64,000 nucleotides of DNA from Octopus sinensis (Eukaryota). Made by a program: the position numbers and the translations under genes. A model generated the notes under the pieces. The model had not been told where the DNA came from, did no database searches, and saw nothing but the letters and a program-made list of their open reading frames with translations. Positions 1-12,327 of this stretch are shown piece by piece (within the stretch, counting starts at the first letter, position 1; each line of letters opens with the position of its first letter). Where the stretch lies: contig NC_043006.1 in the NCBI RefSeq assembly GCF_006345805.1, positions 23,188,001 to 23,252,000 of the forward strand. The letters run 5' to 3'.

Positions 1-40
1 AATATAGATGGCCAATTCAAAGGCTTGGGTCACTGTCATT

Positions 41-608
41 GTTATTATTATTATTGAGTGAGAGAGCAGTGCATGCCATCAAAGTGACATTGGGGTAAAA
101 TACACGAAGCCCAGTATACCCATCATGACTACCCACCTGAAGGGTACACCAGGCACATGCATCACAACCATATGTGCGCAACATGGTGATCTCATATCAA
201 AATAAACAGCGCATGATCTTGCAGGTGGGGCCCAGTTAGAATTTTCTTCAGGTTGAGTAGCCCATCCCGCTCAAAAGGTCCCTGAATAAGGGTTGTTTAA
301 GGATGTTGAAAGAACCACCCATGTTTCCAGAGGTGAATTATTCAATCCTCAAAGAATCCCTCTCAGCACATGGCTATGATGCTCCCCCACTACTTCTGCT
401 CGTGATCAGAGATGCACATATCGTCAGCCACTAAGGGACATGCTCAACTGGTTAAGGTCAAACAACTGACAAGCAAATCTGTGGTATTGAGCAGAATATT
501 TGCTGTAGCCCATCTTTTATACCAAGACAAAACAATGTACATGATAACACTTCCAATCAGTTAAGATCAGAAGCCATGAGAGCCACTGCCTGGTACTGCA
601 CCAGGGCA
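41..608 (-). mobile_element. ~560-bp non-coding retroposon-like repeat with (AAT)n tail
   Basis: Reverse complement of 10585-11148. Both copies start TGCCCTG and end CTCTCTCACTC(AAT)n; a partial third copy lies at ~57070-57200. Confidence 0.8.
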
Positions 609-681
609 TATTGAGCAGAATATTTGCTGAAGCCCATCTTTTATACCAAGACAAAAAATGAACATGATATCACTTCCAATC

Positions 682-1278
682 GCTATAGAAGACATGATAA
701 TTCGGGTTAGGGTAGAGGGCAGGACCCCGCGTTGCTATACGTGTGGCCTGAAAGGCCACATTAGAGCGGACTGCTTTCTGCCGTCCAAAATGCCCCAAGA
801 AAGACCCGTGAGCAGAGAGGAAGTCGCACCACCAGCGCCAACAAAAGAAAACGTAAGTACTATGGAAGAAGCAAACAAACTGAATGAATGGTAAACGGTC
901 GGAAATAGAAGAAAAAGGAGGAAAAGTGAATGTAGATCTCCATCCCACGGCCAATCCACACCCACTTTGCCCCATCCTTCCCAAATCTTCCCACTCCCCT
1001 CCGACACAAAGAAAACCATTGACACGCAAGTACCTTAAAACTTCACCTCCCCCGGCCCTTGTTAAAAGAAAATACGTAATGATATGCGACGATTCAAATA
1101 TGGAACTCTGCAAAGAGATAGACACTTGGGAAGACGTAATAACAGTGACTACGACAACTTATATTGGGATACCATGGCGCTATAATTGTGTGCTGGCAAC
1201 CCAGGATCAAATGCCTAAAATAGTCAATTACAATGAAGACTTTGAATACAATGGAAAACAATGGACACCAGTCAGGTA
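682..1278 (+). mobile_element. Decayed non-LTR ORF1 (Tx1/L1-like) with CCHC zinc knuckle
   Basis: IRVRVEGRTPRCYTCGLKGHIRADC (CX2CX4HX4C); in-frame stop at 894; interrupted by a SINE at 1279. Confidence 0.7.
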
Positions 1279-1511
1279 CCTATTTCTTTTACTACCCACA
1301 AGGGCTAAACATAGAGAGGACAAACAAGGACAGACAAACGGATTAAGTCGATTATATCGACTCCAGTGCGTAACTAGTACTTATTTAATCGACTCCGAAA
1401 GGATGAAAGGCAAAGTTGACCTCGGCGGAATTTGAACATAGAACGTAACGGCAGACGAAATACGGCTGCGCATTTCGCCCGGTGTGCTAACGTTTCTGCC
1501 AGCTCGCCGCC
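1279..1511 (-). mobile_element. tRNA-derived SINE family A (Deu/Nin-like core); representative copy
   Basis: Consensus GGCGGCGAGCTGGCAGAA..GAGTTCAAATTCC (B box)..GCCTTTCATCCTTTCGGGGTCGAT..tail AAAGAAATA. Other approximate copies: 3621-3881, 10390-10562, 21435-21650, 22996-23215, 23628-23862, 24516-24748, 29555-29770, 34780-34995, 35220-35420, 55615-56008 (two nested), 61647-61893, 62825-63250. Confidence 0.9.
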
Positions 1512-2162
1512 CAAAGTATATTAACTATCTTGATCTCCGAGAGAATTACAAAATTGACATTCTACAGCCAAACAGTGGTGGATCGAATTAAGGTAGTATT
1601 AACGGAATAAATGAAGTCGCTCGGAGGCTGTGCCCAAAAGCTTCATTTCATCTTTTCATTTTCAAATTTGTGAACGAATAATTTGTTGAGATTCCTGTTC
1701 ATCTTGATGAGGGTGTCATCGCCGAGATGTCAAACCACGGCAGTGAACTCCCGAAATGGCCATAGATGTGTTTGATTTGATTTTGTGGAGCTCTTTTACG
1801 CTCTTGGACTCCAACCTACCATGGTTTTTATGAAATTAACTTTTTTGACATATATTTTTTTCTTTTTGTTTGAGGGCAGTAAGAAAAAATCTTTTCAGTC
1901 AATTGATATTTTATTTAGATTTAGATTTTTATTCGTATGACACGCTTTAGAATTTTTAGTAGATTGTATTACACCTTCTTGATAGGCCGTTCTATATATC
2001 TGTATTTTTATTTGCATCTTTTACCTTCTGTGTTTTTCATATATGTATTTTTTTTATATGTTGAAAGGCCAGGGTAATATTTATATATGATCAAATGTTT
2101 GGAGGCGTGGTGTTATATATAAAGTCATTGACTCGAATTTGATGTTTGTTCTCTGATCAATG

Positions 2163-2187
<25 letters not shown>

Positions 2188-2199
<12 letters not shown>

Positions 2200-2450
2200 G
2201 TGTAATAAATAAAATATATGCATACATACAAACATATATGTACGAACCTACATCTACATGTATATATACATGCATATATAAATATATATACGTGAGTACA
2301 GGACACCACAACTAGACGTAGAACTCAACGAGAAACGAAAACGGAAAAGCCATTTTTTTACAACAGAAAAACAGAGACGTGGAACTGGACGAGAAACGAA
2401 AACGGGAAAAACATTATTTTTTACAACAGAAAAACAAAGTACGGGACATA

Positions 2451-2521
<71 letters not shown>

Positions 2522-2806
2522 ATATATATGTATATAGTGTAATAAATAAAATATATGCATACATACAAACATATATGTACGAACCTACATCTACATGTAT
2601 ATATACATGCATATATAAATATATATACGTGAGTACAGGACACCACAACTAGACGTAGAACTCAACGAGAAACGAAAACGGAAAAGCCATTTTTTTACAA
2701 CAGAAAAACAGAGACGTGGAACTGGACGAGAAACGAAAACGGGAAAAACATTATTTTTTACAACAGAAAAACAAAGTACGGGACATACTACACACACACA
2801 CACACA

Positions 2807-2837
<31 letters not shown>

Positions 2838-2842
2838 CACAC

Positions 2843-2850
<8 letters not shown>
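2188..2850. repeat. Tandem duplication, period 337 bp, each unit with an internal ~61-bp direct repeat
   Basis: GTATATAGTGTAATAAAT at 2193 and 2530; the units are essentially identical apart from (TA)/(CA) tract lengths. Confidence 0.9.
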
Positions 2851-2934
<84 letters not shown>

Positions 2935-2937
<3 letters not shown>

Positions 2938-3323
2938 AATCACTCGCCATATCGCGGTTCACCTATTGCGGTTTATTATTTAAGCTTACGTCGATTCCTC
3001 TGTGGTGTTGTTTTGCATTCATAATAAAATTAAATATATACAGTGGTTGTATAATGTCAACTTAACGTGACAGTCCTGTAAGGGAATTACACCACCGCTG
3101 TTTAGCCCTAGGAAGCATCGACGCTTCCTGTCGGCCTTGACACATTTCCTGTGTCCTTACATATTTACGAAGGGGAGACAAACACCCCCAACAGCTAGGC
3201 CTGAATATATACAAATTATGAAAAATAAATTTTAAAATACTGTACAATACTGCTTCTGGTTCGCTGATTTTCACCTATCGCGGTGTTTGGAACGTAATAC
3301 CCGCGATAGTCGAGGGATTACTG
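2935..3323. mobile_element. Tc1/mariner-pogo-like MITE
   Basis: Left AGTAATCACTCGCCATATCGCGG and right CCGCGATAGTCGAGGGATTACTG|TA are imperfect terminal inverted repeats. Confidence 0.65.
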
Positions 3324-4359
3324 TATGTGTACGTACCGAGAGAGAAAGACAGAGAGAGAGAGGCGCAGAGAAGGACACGTAGATATGTAAACCAAAGTGT
3401 ACAGCATTATAGAAAATTTAAATATGTACACACACACACACACATTACACATGCAGATATATATATAAAAGTAACGTGCATGCACAGAACATCTCTCTCT
3501 CTCCTCTCTTTCTTTCTTTCTTTCTTCCCCCCCTCTCTCTCTCTCTCTATATGCACTCATACCTTTATATATATATATAGTTTTTGTTTTGTTTTAAATA
3601 TATCCGTTCTACTAGATAAGCCGGCGAGCTGGCAGAACTGTTAGCGCGCCGAGCGAAATGCGTAGCCGTAGTTCGTCTGTCGTTACGTTCCGAGTTCAAA
3701 TTCCGCCGAAGTCGACTTTGCCTTTCATCCTTTTGGGGTCGATTAAATAAGTACCAGTTACGCGCTGGAGTCGATTAAATAAGTACCAGTTACGCACTGG
3801 GATCGATATAATCGACTTAATCCCTTTGTCTGTCCTTGTTTGTCCCCTCTGTGTTTAGCCCCTTGTGGGTAGTAAAGGAACATATCCGTTCTCCTTGATA
3901 AAGATTTAGTTCTTGTTCCAGTTGTAGAAAAAGACAAGTCTCTATATACGAAGAGAACGACACTACATACGTACATACACGTGTGTGTGTGTGTGTTGTG
4001 ATTGTGTGCGTGCGCACATTTATGTGTGTGTATGTGTGTGTAGAAAGAAAGGAAGAAAGAAAGGGTGTCTACATATATAAAGAGAATGTCTCTATATAAG
4101 TAAAGAGAAGACTTTTATCTTTATGGTTCGGAAATAAGGAGCCGGGAGTGAAAGGGACAATGTGTAGCTCGAGTTGACATCAAGGTAATTTCTTGATAAT
4201 CTAAACCGGTATTAATTTATCAAAGACTGTGCCGCTTTGATAACATTCTTGGCTTCAAGTCTATTTTAGTACTACATATATGTATGTGTGTGTGGATATG
4301 AATGCATATATATATATATATATATATATTACTGTGTGTATATGTAAATATATATATAC

Positions 4360-4396
<37 letters not shown>

Positions 4397-4734
4397 TACG
4401 CATCCTACACACATGAACGTATGCATGTGTGCGATATATGTGCGTGCGTGTATCTGTGTGTGCGTACATACATGTTGATATGTGTGTGTACGTGTATATA
4501 TATGTGTGTGTGTGTATGTATGTATATATATATATATATATATGTTTATACATATATATATATATATACATATATATGTTTATACACATATATATATATA
4601 ATTATATATATATATATATTACATATATATATATGTATACATATATATATTATATATACATATATATATATATATGTTTATACATATATATATACATATA
4701 TATGTTTATACACATATATATATATATATATAAT

Positions 4735-4767
<33 letters not shown>

Positions 4768-5402
4768 TACATATATATATATACATATATATATTATATA
4801 TATATATATATATATTATACACACACATAAGATTGCATACAAATTGAACTTCGTTACGAACGCTATGGTGATGGATATCCGTCGTTCGACGATGAGAGCT
4901 TAGTTGTATCAGCTGAAACTACCTCCTCAGTGAATTAGCATGTTGTAAGTGGCTGACAGGTTTTCCCTTAACACAATTCCCGGGTTGGTGTTGTGTGACA
5001 AGCCCACCTTTTGATTTACAACTAAAATGCCTTCAACGGGGTTCTGTACAGTCTCCCAATTCCACTCAGAATGTATGGGTTGGTTAGCCGGCAGTTAGAG
5101 AAAAATTGCGTTTGACATAGATGCCGCGCTGTGGAATGGAACCTGGTACGTCGTATTTCAGAAAGAAATGTCTTCATTCCGCGAAACTGCACCCATAATG
5201 AACCATGCTATATTTCACCTCTTAACTTTTGGGTTTTAGTCATTGGACCGTGCCTATGCTGGAGCATTGCCTTGAGGGATTTTAAGTCGAAACCAGTACT
5301 TGTTTTTTCAAGTCTAGTTAGCACTTATTTTATCGATTTCTTTTGCAGAAGGGATAAGTTACGAGGGACGTAAAGAAACCAACAGCGGTTGTCAAACGGT
5401 AG

Positions 5403-6857
5403 GTGGACATGCTGGTGACAGCCATAATGTATGACATGTATGAGGAGGCCAAGATAATGAGGGCCACAAGATTCCAAAGAGTTAACTACTGGAGATATGG
5501 AATAGAGTTAACCGTTCAAGCAACAGTGGAAGACCTAAATAGAAATGTCGAAGAGACAGTGCTGCCCGATGATGTAAGATTGAGAGTGGTGGTGGAGGTC
5601 AGGCTGCCTACATGTTATACATGTGGGGAAAAGGTCCACATGAAGGCGAGGTGTCCCCAGAGGGAACAACAGATGGAGCAGACGGAGAGGCAGGAGAGCA
5701 CGGACCAGGTGGTACAGGTCGAGATAAGGCGGCGAACTGGCAGAAACGTTAGAACGCCGGGCGAAATGCTTAGGAGTATTTCGTCTGCCGTTACGTTCTG
5801 AGTTCAAATTCCGCCAAGGTTGACTTTGCCTTTCATCCTTTCGGGGTCGATAAATTAAGCACCAGTTACGCACTGGGGTCGATGTAATCGACTTAATACC
5901 TATGTCTGTCCTTGTTTGTCCCCTTGTGGGTAATAAAGAAATAGGTACAGGTCGAGATAAAGGAGAAAGCAACGGAGGAGGGGTTCACGGTGTTTAAAAA
6001 AATGAAAGAGAAGTGGGAGAGTGTGCTCTCCGCAGGACAGTGGAAAAAGAAGAAAGAAGAGATGGAGGAGGAGGAGACAAGAAGGAAGGAAGACGAAATG
6101 GTGGTGGAAAAAATGAGCGGAAAGTAACCTGAAGAAGTGTCCAAGGAGGTGTTGCTTAAGGAGGAGACATTGGTGAGGACACTGGTTGTTCTAGAGGAGG
6201 AGGAAAGTTTGGAAATACAACTGGAGAGTCTGCTCAGGGAGGTGGATGAAAGGAAGAAGGTACCAGGAGCGGAGCAGGAAAGGAGAAAACAAATGAGAAA
6301 AGGAAAATTTCGATGAAATTTTGTGAGGTACACAAAAATCAAAGAAACTGAAAAGAAAGTATTAAAGTTTAAACATATTATTAGAGTTAAGTTGCCCGCG
6401 GATGTGTGTTCCGAGAATGTGAAGGCCATCGTGGTTGACAAGGACACCTACAACAGACTAAAAGACATGTGTGGAGAAGGGATTGACCCGCCAGGTGTGA
6501 TGGTGGTGTTCGATGAATTGCCACCAGTAGTGGAGCTAAAAGATTTAGAACCCTTCATGAGATATGAAAAAGTAAAAAAGTAAGTAAAATTGTTTTTATT
6601 GAAGAAAGAAGAAAAAAGTAAAATTGATTCATCTAAAAAAAAGCGGAAAAACGAGAAAAAACAATAAGATAATAGAACGATTGTAAATAGTTTATACAAA
6701 CGTTCAAATGGTACTGCGTGGGAGTGGGGCCCATGCAGCCATTTCATTTTTATATAACATCTCATTTTCATTCGTTTTATGTTTTTTGTCCCCACTGTGG
6801 TGTCTTTGTAGTGTCCCCTCTGTGTTGTGGCTGTAGTGCCAAAATAAAGAAACATTG
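5403..6857 (+). mobile_element. ORF1-only (HAL1-like) Tx1/L1-type retroelement, decayed and SINE-interrupted
   Basis: LRVVVEVRLPTCYTCGEKVHMKARCP knuckle. After removing the SINE and one TSD copy the frame continues through an E/K-rich region (two stops) to TAA at 6583, followed by a short UTR ending AATAAAGAAAC. Confidence 0.65.
5728..5943 (+). mobile_element. SINE family A with 17-bp TSD
   Basis: TSD GGTACAGGTCGAGATAA at 5711-5727 and 5944-5960. Confidence 0.95.
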
Positions 6858-7032
6858 GCGGAGGTTTGGGCTCTCTGAGTGCTCTTGTTTACTTTATTTT
6901 TATTTTAAACTTATTTATTTGCTATTTTATAACTTTCATTTTTATTTCTATTTTTTTTTTACTTTATATATTTATTTTTTTCTACCTTATTATTTTAATT
7001 TACCTTATTTCCTATTATATTCAAATTATAAT

Positions 7033-7115
7033 AGAGCCAGAGAAAGAAAGAATTCCATGCTACTACCAATGTGCTACATTGGTAGCAGCATAGAATTCTT
7101 TCCTTCTCTGGTTCT
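7033..7115. repeat. Hairpin with 40-bp arms and a 3-nt loop
   Basis: AGAGCCAGAGAAAGAAAGAATTCCATGCTACTACCAATGT-gct-ACATTGGTAGCAGCATAGAATTCTTTCCTTCTCTGGTTCT; four mismatches. Confidence 0.9.
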
Positions 7116-7404
7116 GATAAAATATTTGCTAAAAGTTATAATAGAATAACCTCTCTGTTGAAAACTTGCATTTTGCAACTGAAGATGGTGCTGTATTTCA
7201 AATATATGAATTAAATGGAGCCGCCTGAAGTGGCCATATCGCATTAATACCTTGACATCCTTGTTACTTATTTGCTGTTTATGATATATATAATATGCAT
7301 ATATGTATATACAATAATATATATATATATATATAATGAACACACGTACACATATGTGAACACATATATGTACTTATACATACATGCATACATACATACA
7401 TATA

Positions 7405-8599
7405 CAGGGGTTGGACAAAATAATGGAAATACCTATCATCAGTGCACCATAATTTTGAAATATCTATAAAACCGTCAAAAGCTTATTTTCGTGTTTTTTT
7501 TTTATTATTATTAGAGTTGCTTAATATGTTTCGCTAAAATTGCTGTTTATTTTCAGATATCATCAGAAAAAGGTAATTAAAATTCATTAAAATGACAGAT
7601 CTATCGGACTTTCAAAGAGGTCAAATTATTAGTACTCGAATGGCAGGCGTTAGCATAACGAAAACAACCGAAATGTTTGGTGTATTAAGAAGTACTGTCT
7701 CGAAAGTAATGGCAGCCTTTGAGAAAGAGTGAAAAATCCTCTTGTCGAAAAAAAAAAAACTCCGGAAGAAAACCAAAACTTTCAGATAGGGACCGTCGGC
7801 CTCATATGCGAATTCTTAGAAAGGATCACAAAAATACAGCTCCCAAAATTACTGCAGAGCTTTATGACCACCTCGAGAACCCAGTTTCCACAAAAACTGT
7901 TCGTTGGGAGCTGCACAAAACCGGATTTCACGGGAAGGCTGGAATCAGAAAACCACTACTTTCAAAAACAAACGTTGCAAAGCGTTTAGAGTGGAGTAAA
8001 AACCTACAGAATTGGCCCCTAGAGCAGTAGAAGACTGTTATTTTCTCGGACGAGTCATCCTTTACCGTATTTCCGACCACCGAACGAGTATACGTGACGT
8101 GTGGAGACAGCCAAAAGAAGCATTTGACCCAGATTGCTTTCTTCCAAACTGTTAAACATGGAGGGGGGTCTGTGATGATCTATGGGGTTATATCTTGGAG
8201 ATCCGCCGACTCAGTGATTTCCATTCATGGCAGAATTAATTAAGCATTTTATCTAATCAGATACATCCTATGGTTGTGGAACTGTTTCGGAGGGATGATA
8301 ATGCACCAATTCACGCAGCTAAAGTTGTTACTAACTGGCACGAGGAACATTCTAGTGAATGTGAACTACCATAGTCCTCAGGTCTCAATATTAAACATTT
8401 GTGGTGCATTTTAGAAAAACAAGCGACGAGTCGATATCCTCCACCATCCTCACTACAAGAACTGGAGACTGTTTTAGCTGAAGAATGGACAAAAATTACT
8501 TTGGAAACAATTCAAACTTTGTACGAGTTCATACCTTGTAGAGTTCAAGGTGTAATTACTGCCAAAGGCGGTCCTGCCCCATATTTTGTCCAACTCCTG
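7405..8599 (+). mobile_element. Tc1-family DNA transposon with pseudogenised transposase
   Basis: TA|CAGGGGTTGGACAAAATA..TATTTTGTCCAACTCCTG|TA. From ATG 7592: MTDLSDFQRGQII..SGRKPKLSDRDRR..FSDES..DDNAPIH..HLW..GGPAPY, with frameshifts and stops. Confidence 0.93.
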
Positions 8600-8604
8600 T
8601 ACAC

Positions 8605-8713
8605 ATAGTTGAAATTTACAGAAAAACAAAAGACGAAGATAAGTGTATAAACAACAAGCAGGTGTAATAGTTTGAAACACGGAAACGTGAGAAAGTCTTT
8701 TACGTTTCGAGCC
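8605..8713 (-). mobile_element. Penelope-like terminal-repeat fragment with the 3' half of a hammerhead
   Basis: Minus strand GGCTCGAAACGTAAAAGAC followed by a T-rich tail; a related fragment lies on the plus strand at ~39616-39675. Confidence 0.5.
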
Positions 8714-8727
8714 TAATATTTATGATA

Positions 8728-9420
8728 CAGTGCATTCCAAAAGTTTTTTGAGACTTTCAGCAGAGACGTTTATTAATTTCATAGAAACTCAAAACTCTAA
8801 TCTCCCTCAAAGCAGGTTCTTCCGACTTCAATGCACTTGATGCAGCGCTCTAGTCACTTCGTGAAGGCCCTATAGACGCCCTCCAAACTGAAGATGTTCA
8901 AGATCCTTGTCATCGCCTTCAAGTCCTCAATGTCTTCAAAACGACTGCCACTGAAATTCTTGAGTTTGCGTGCGGAATAATCGTGTCATAGACAACAACT
9001 TCTGGACTGCAGGAAAGATGAGGGACTGTGTGATGCCCATCTCTGTCAAGTAGTCGGTTACAAGGATACTCATCACTAATCTCCTTGGGAACAAACTTCG
9101 CAAAAATTTCGCCAATTTTCAGACCTTCATTTGTCACACCGACTCTAAACTGTATGCTTACTGTCTTTATAGACACACGACGATATTCGTCCAGAAAATT
9201 GCGAATTTTCTCATCCAACTCTGATATTCTGACATTCCTCTCCCTCCGACATCTCTCCTCGTCTCTTACCTTCTCTCTACGGTCTTTGAACCGCGAAAAA
9301 CTTAATTCATAAGCCGCCTGGAGCATTTTATAAGTTTCTTAGCCTTTTTATCCACATCAGCACAAAATTTTATTGCATAGCGAGCTTCCAAACGACCTGA
9401 ATGCGTTTTACAAACTAGTC
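8728..9420 (-). mobile_element. Decayed mariner transposon
   Basis: ORF 8919-9326: FSRFKDRREKVRDEER..EKIRNFLDEYRRVSIKT..KFVPK..HLSCSPEVVVYD (degenerate WVPH and YSPDL motifs), with internal deletions. Confidence 0.8.
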
Positions 9421-9913
9421 AGCTGTAACAAGCAGTATTTAGCAGGGTGTAGTCAAAGTGCTGTTACAGCCGTCTCCTTTAATCTGGAATAAAAATGTTG
9501 GTATGTCAACAACTTATTAGATGTATAGTAACGGTATACTAAAATTGCAATAATCTAGGACAGTGATAACTGTCTCTCTCAAAAACCTTCCAAATTTCTA
9601 GAATATATATATGTACCGATGAATCACAAAAATAATTTTTTTTTAATTATTGCGATTAATACGCACAGGCGGGCGTACAAGTGTGTATGTGTGTGTATGT
9701 GTGTGTGTCTGTGCATGTGCGTGTGTGAGCTTTATAAAAAGATCTTGTTAATCTAGAACAACTTGATGTCATAGTCCAAATTTCTGAAGATTGATGATGA
9801 TATTTCGGGTTGCAGGAGTCGGACATTAGAAAACTGAGTGGCTTTATAGATTAAAGAGTTTTTACACACCACACGCAGGTAAGTATGTATGTATGTATGT
9901 ATGTATGTATGTA

Positions 9914-9981
<68 letters not shown>

Positions 9982-10300
9982 ACGTATGTATGTATGTATT
10001 AACTTTAATACAGAAAATCCCTGCTGACAACGAATGTACCTACCAACCTATGGACTGAAGAAGTTTAATTAGAGCATAGCTAAAAAGATATAAAAAATAA
10101 ACTAAAATAAAATAAATGTTAAGTTGTTAAAAAATAAAAAATAAATAGAAACAATAACAACGGACCTAAACTAGAAATACATAAAAGGACCAAAGACAAA
10201 AATAATGAAAATAGTAATGAGACACCTCGCTCCGCTTCCCTTTACTCACCACTACAACTACGGTGATCATGTCCAGGAACTAATACAACGGAATAACATC

Positions 10301-10335
<35 letters not shown>

Positions 10336-10584
10336 TGATGATGATGATAATGGCTTCAAATTTTGCCACAAAGGCAGCAATTTTGGGGGAGGGAATAAGT
10401 CGATTCCATTGATTCCAGTGTTCAACTGGGACTTATTTTATCGACCCCGAAATATGAAGGCCAAAGTCGACCCCGGCGGAATTTGAACTTAGAACGTAAA
10501 GGCAGACGAAATGCCGCTATACATTTCGCCGGCGAGCTAACGATTCTTCCAGCTGGCCGCCTTTATAATAATAATAATAATAAA

Positions 10585-11148
10585 TGCCCTGATGCAGTAC
10601 CTGGAAGTGGCTCTTATGACTTCTGATCTTAACTGATTGGAAGTGTCATCATACACGTTGTTTTGTCTTAGTATAAAAGATGGGCTACAGCAAATATTCT
10701 GCTCAATACCACAGATTTACTTGTCAGTCGTTTGACCTTAACCAGTTGAGCATGTCCCTGAGTGGCTGACGATATGTGCATCTCTGATCACGTGCAGAAG
10801 TGGTGGGGGGGGGGCATCATACCCATGTGTTGAGAGGGATTTTTTGGAGCTTGGATAATTCACATTTGGAAACGTGGGTGTTTTGTTCAACATCCTTAAA
10901 CAACCATTATTCAGGGACCATTTGAATGGGATGGGCTACTCGACCTGAAGAAAATCTAACTGGGCCTCCACCTGCAAGATCATGCGCTGTTTATCTTGAT
11001 GTGAGCGCACATATATTGTTATGATGCACGTGCCTGGTGTGCCCTTATCAGATGGGCAGTCATGATGGGTAGTTATTATTGGCTTCGTATATTTTACCCC
11101 AGTGTCACTTTGATGGCATGCACTGCTCTCTCACTCAATAATAATAAT
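10585..11148 (+). mobile_element. Second copy of the ~560-bp (AAT)n-tailed repeat
   Basis: Reverse complement of 41-608; flanked by (AAT)n on both sides. Confidence 0.8.
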
Positions 11149-11660
11149 GATTTCTTTATTAACCGCAAAGGTTTTCTTTAAGAAAAAACATTATGGGCAG
11201 TACAGGGCAAAACAAAGAATGTATGTATGTGTGTTGTTTTCAGAGTTTTGCGTGTAAATAAGACTAACAATTTTTTTTTTAAATCAACGATTTGTGATCC
11301 CCGACAGGAAGGAGACGTTTGAGGTCTGCTCATGGAAAAATTCCATAAAAAGACATTGCTACCCTGACTTTTGGGGTAGGTGCCTTTTTTCCAACCACAG
11401 GCATATGCTCAGGGCAGGCCCGTTCAATCGAACCATTCTCGCCACTTTCATTCATCCACTTTTCAGCAAACTGGCTAGAAGACAATACTTCCTTCTCTAC
11501 CCTTAATTTCCTTTTCAAGTGAAACTTGAAGAAATTGATCAGGGATTGGCCAAAGAGAAGAATGTTTGTCTTCAGCTATTTCAATCTCGTCCACTATACA
11601 GCTTCTTTCGTCATGGCCACCAGGCATATAAACACAGCGTTACTGTCCCGGTTAAAGAAA
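11149..11660 (-). mobile_element. 3' fragment of a Tx1/L1-like LINE
   Basis: KRKLRVEKEVLSSSQFAEKW resembles an ORF2 C-terminus; the UTR ends AATAAAGAAAT. A similar 3' end lies at ~62558-62810. Confidence 0.55.
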
Positions 11661-11702
11661 ATCATCATCATTATTATCATCTCAACAAAATGAAGACAAC
11701 AT

Positions 11703-12327
11703 AGGCGCAGGAGTGGCTGTGTGGTAAGTAGCTTGCTAACCAGCCACATGGTTCCGGGTTCAGTATATATGTATATATATGGTTCCGGGTTCAGTCCCAC
11801 TGCGTGGCACCTTGGGCATGTGTCTTCTGCTATAGCCCTGGGCCGACCAATGCCTTGTGAGTGGATTTGGTAGACGGATTAAGAATTAAGAATATTCATT
11901 TAGGAATTAGAATTTAAGAGGAGTGGCTGTGTGGTAAGTAGCTTGCTAACCAACCACATGGTTCCGGGTTCAGTCCCACTGCGTGGCATCTTGGGCAAGT
12001 GTCTTCTGCTATAGCCCCGGGCCGACCAATGCCTTGTGAGTGGATTTGGTAGACGGAAACTGAAAGAAGCCTGTCGTATATATGTATATATATGTGTGTG
12101 TGTGTGTATATGCTTGTGTGTCTGTGTTTGTCCCCCTAGCATTGCTTGACAACCGATGCTGGTGTGTTTACGTCCCCGTTACTTAGCGGTTCGGCAAAAG
12201 AGACCGATAGAATAAGTACTGGGCTTACAAATAATAAATAAGTCCCGGGGTCGATTTGCTCGACTAAAGGCGGTGCTCCAGCATGGCCGCAGTCAAATGA
12301 CTGAAACAAGTAAAAGAGTAAAAGAGT
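11703..12327 (+). mobile_element. tRNA-derived SINE family B (CORE-like, internal TA/TG tract): one truncated and one near-full copy
   Basis: GGAGTGGCTGTGTGGTAAG (A box)..GGTTCAGTCCC (B box)..CCTTGGGCAAG..tail TGACTGAAACAAGTAAAAGA. Other approximate copies: 26589-26935, 27120-27520, 27725-28105, 30376-30853, 34330-34540, 38370-38590, 42635-43102, 49150-49330, 49915-50065, 54375-54630, 63355-63835. Confidence 0.9.

Noticed and set aside
2314-2440. Direct repeats suggestive of a CRISPR array
   Set aside because: Only two adjacent ~61-bp units per block, no unique spacers, no cas genes, eukaryotic context.
4220-4903. Long YI/CV/HT-rich ORFs here and throughout the window
   Set aside because: Translations of (TA)n, (TG)n and (CA)n microsatellites; no coding signal.
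10585-10600. CTGATG at the start of the 560-bp repeat as a hammerhead core
   Set aside because: It reads CTGATGC, and I found no matching stem II/GAAA arrangement.
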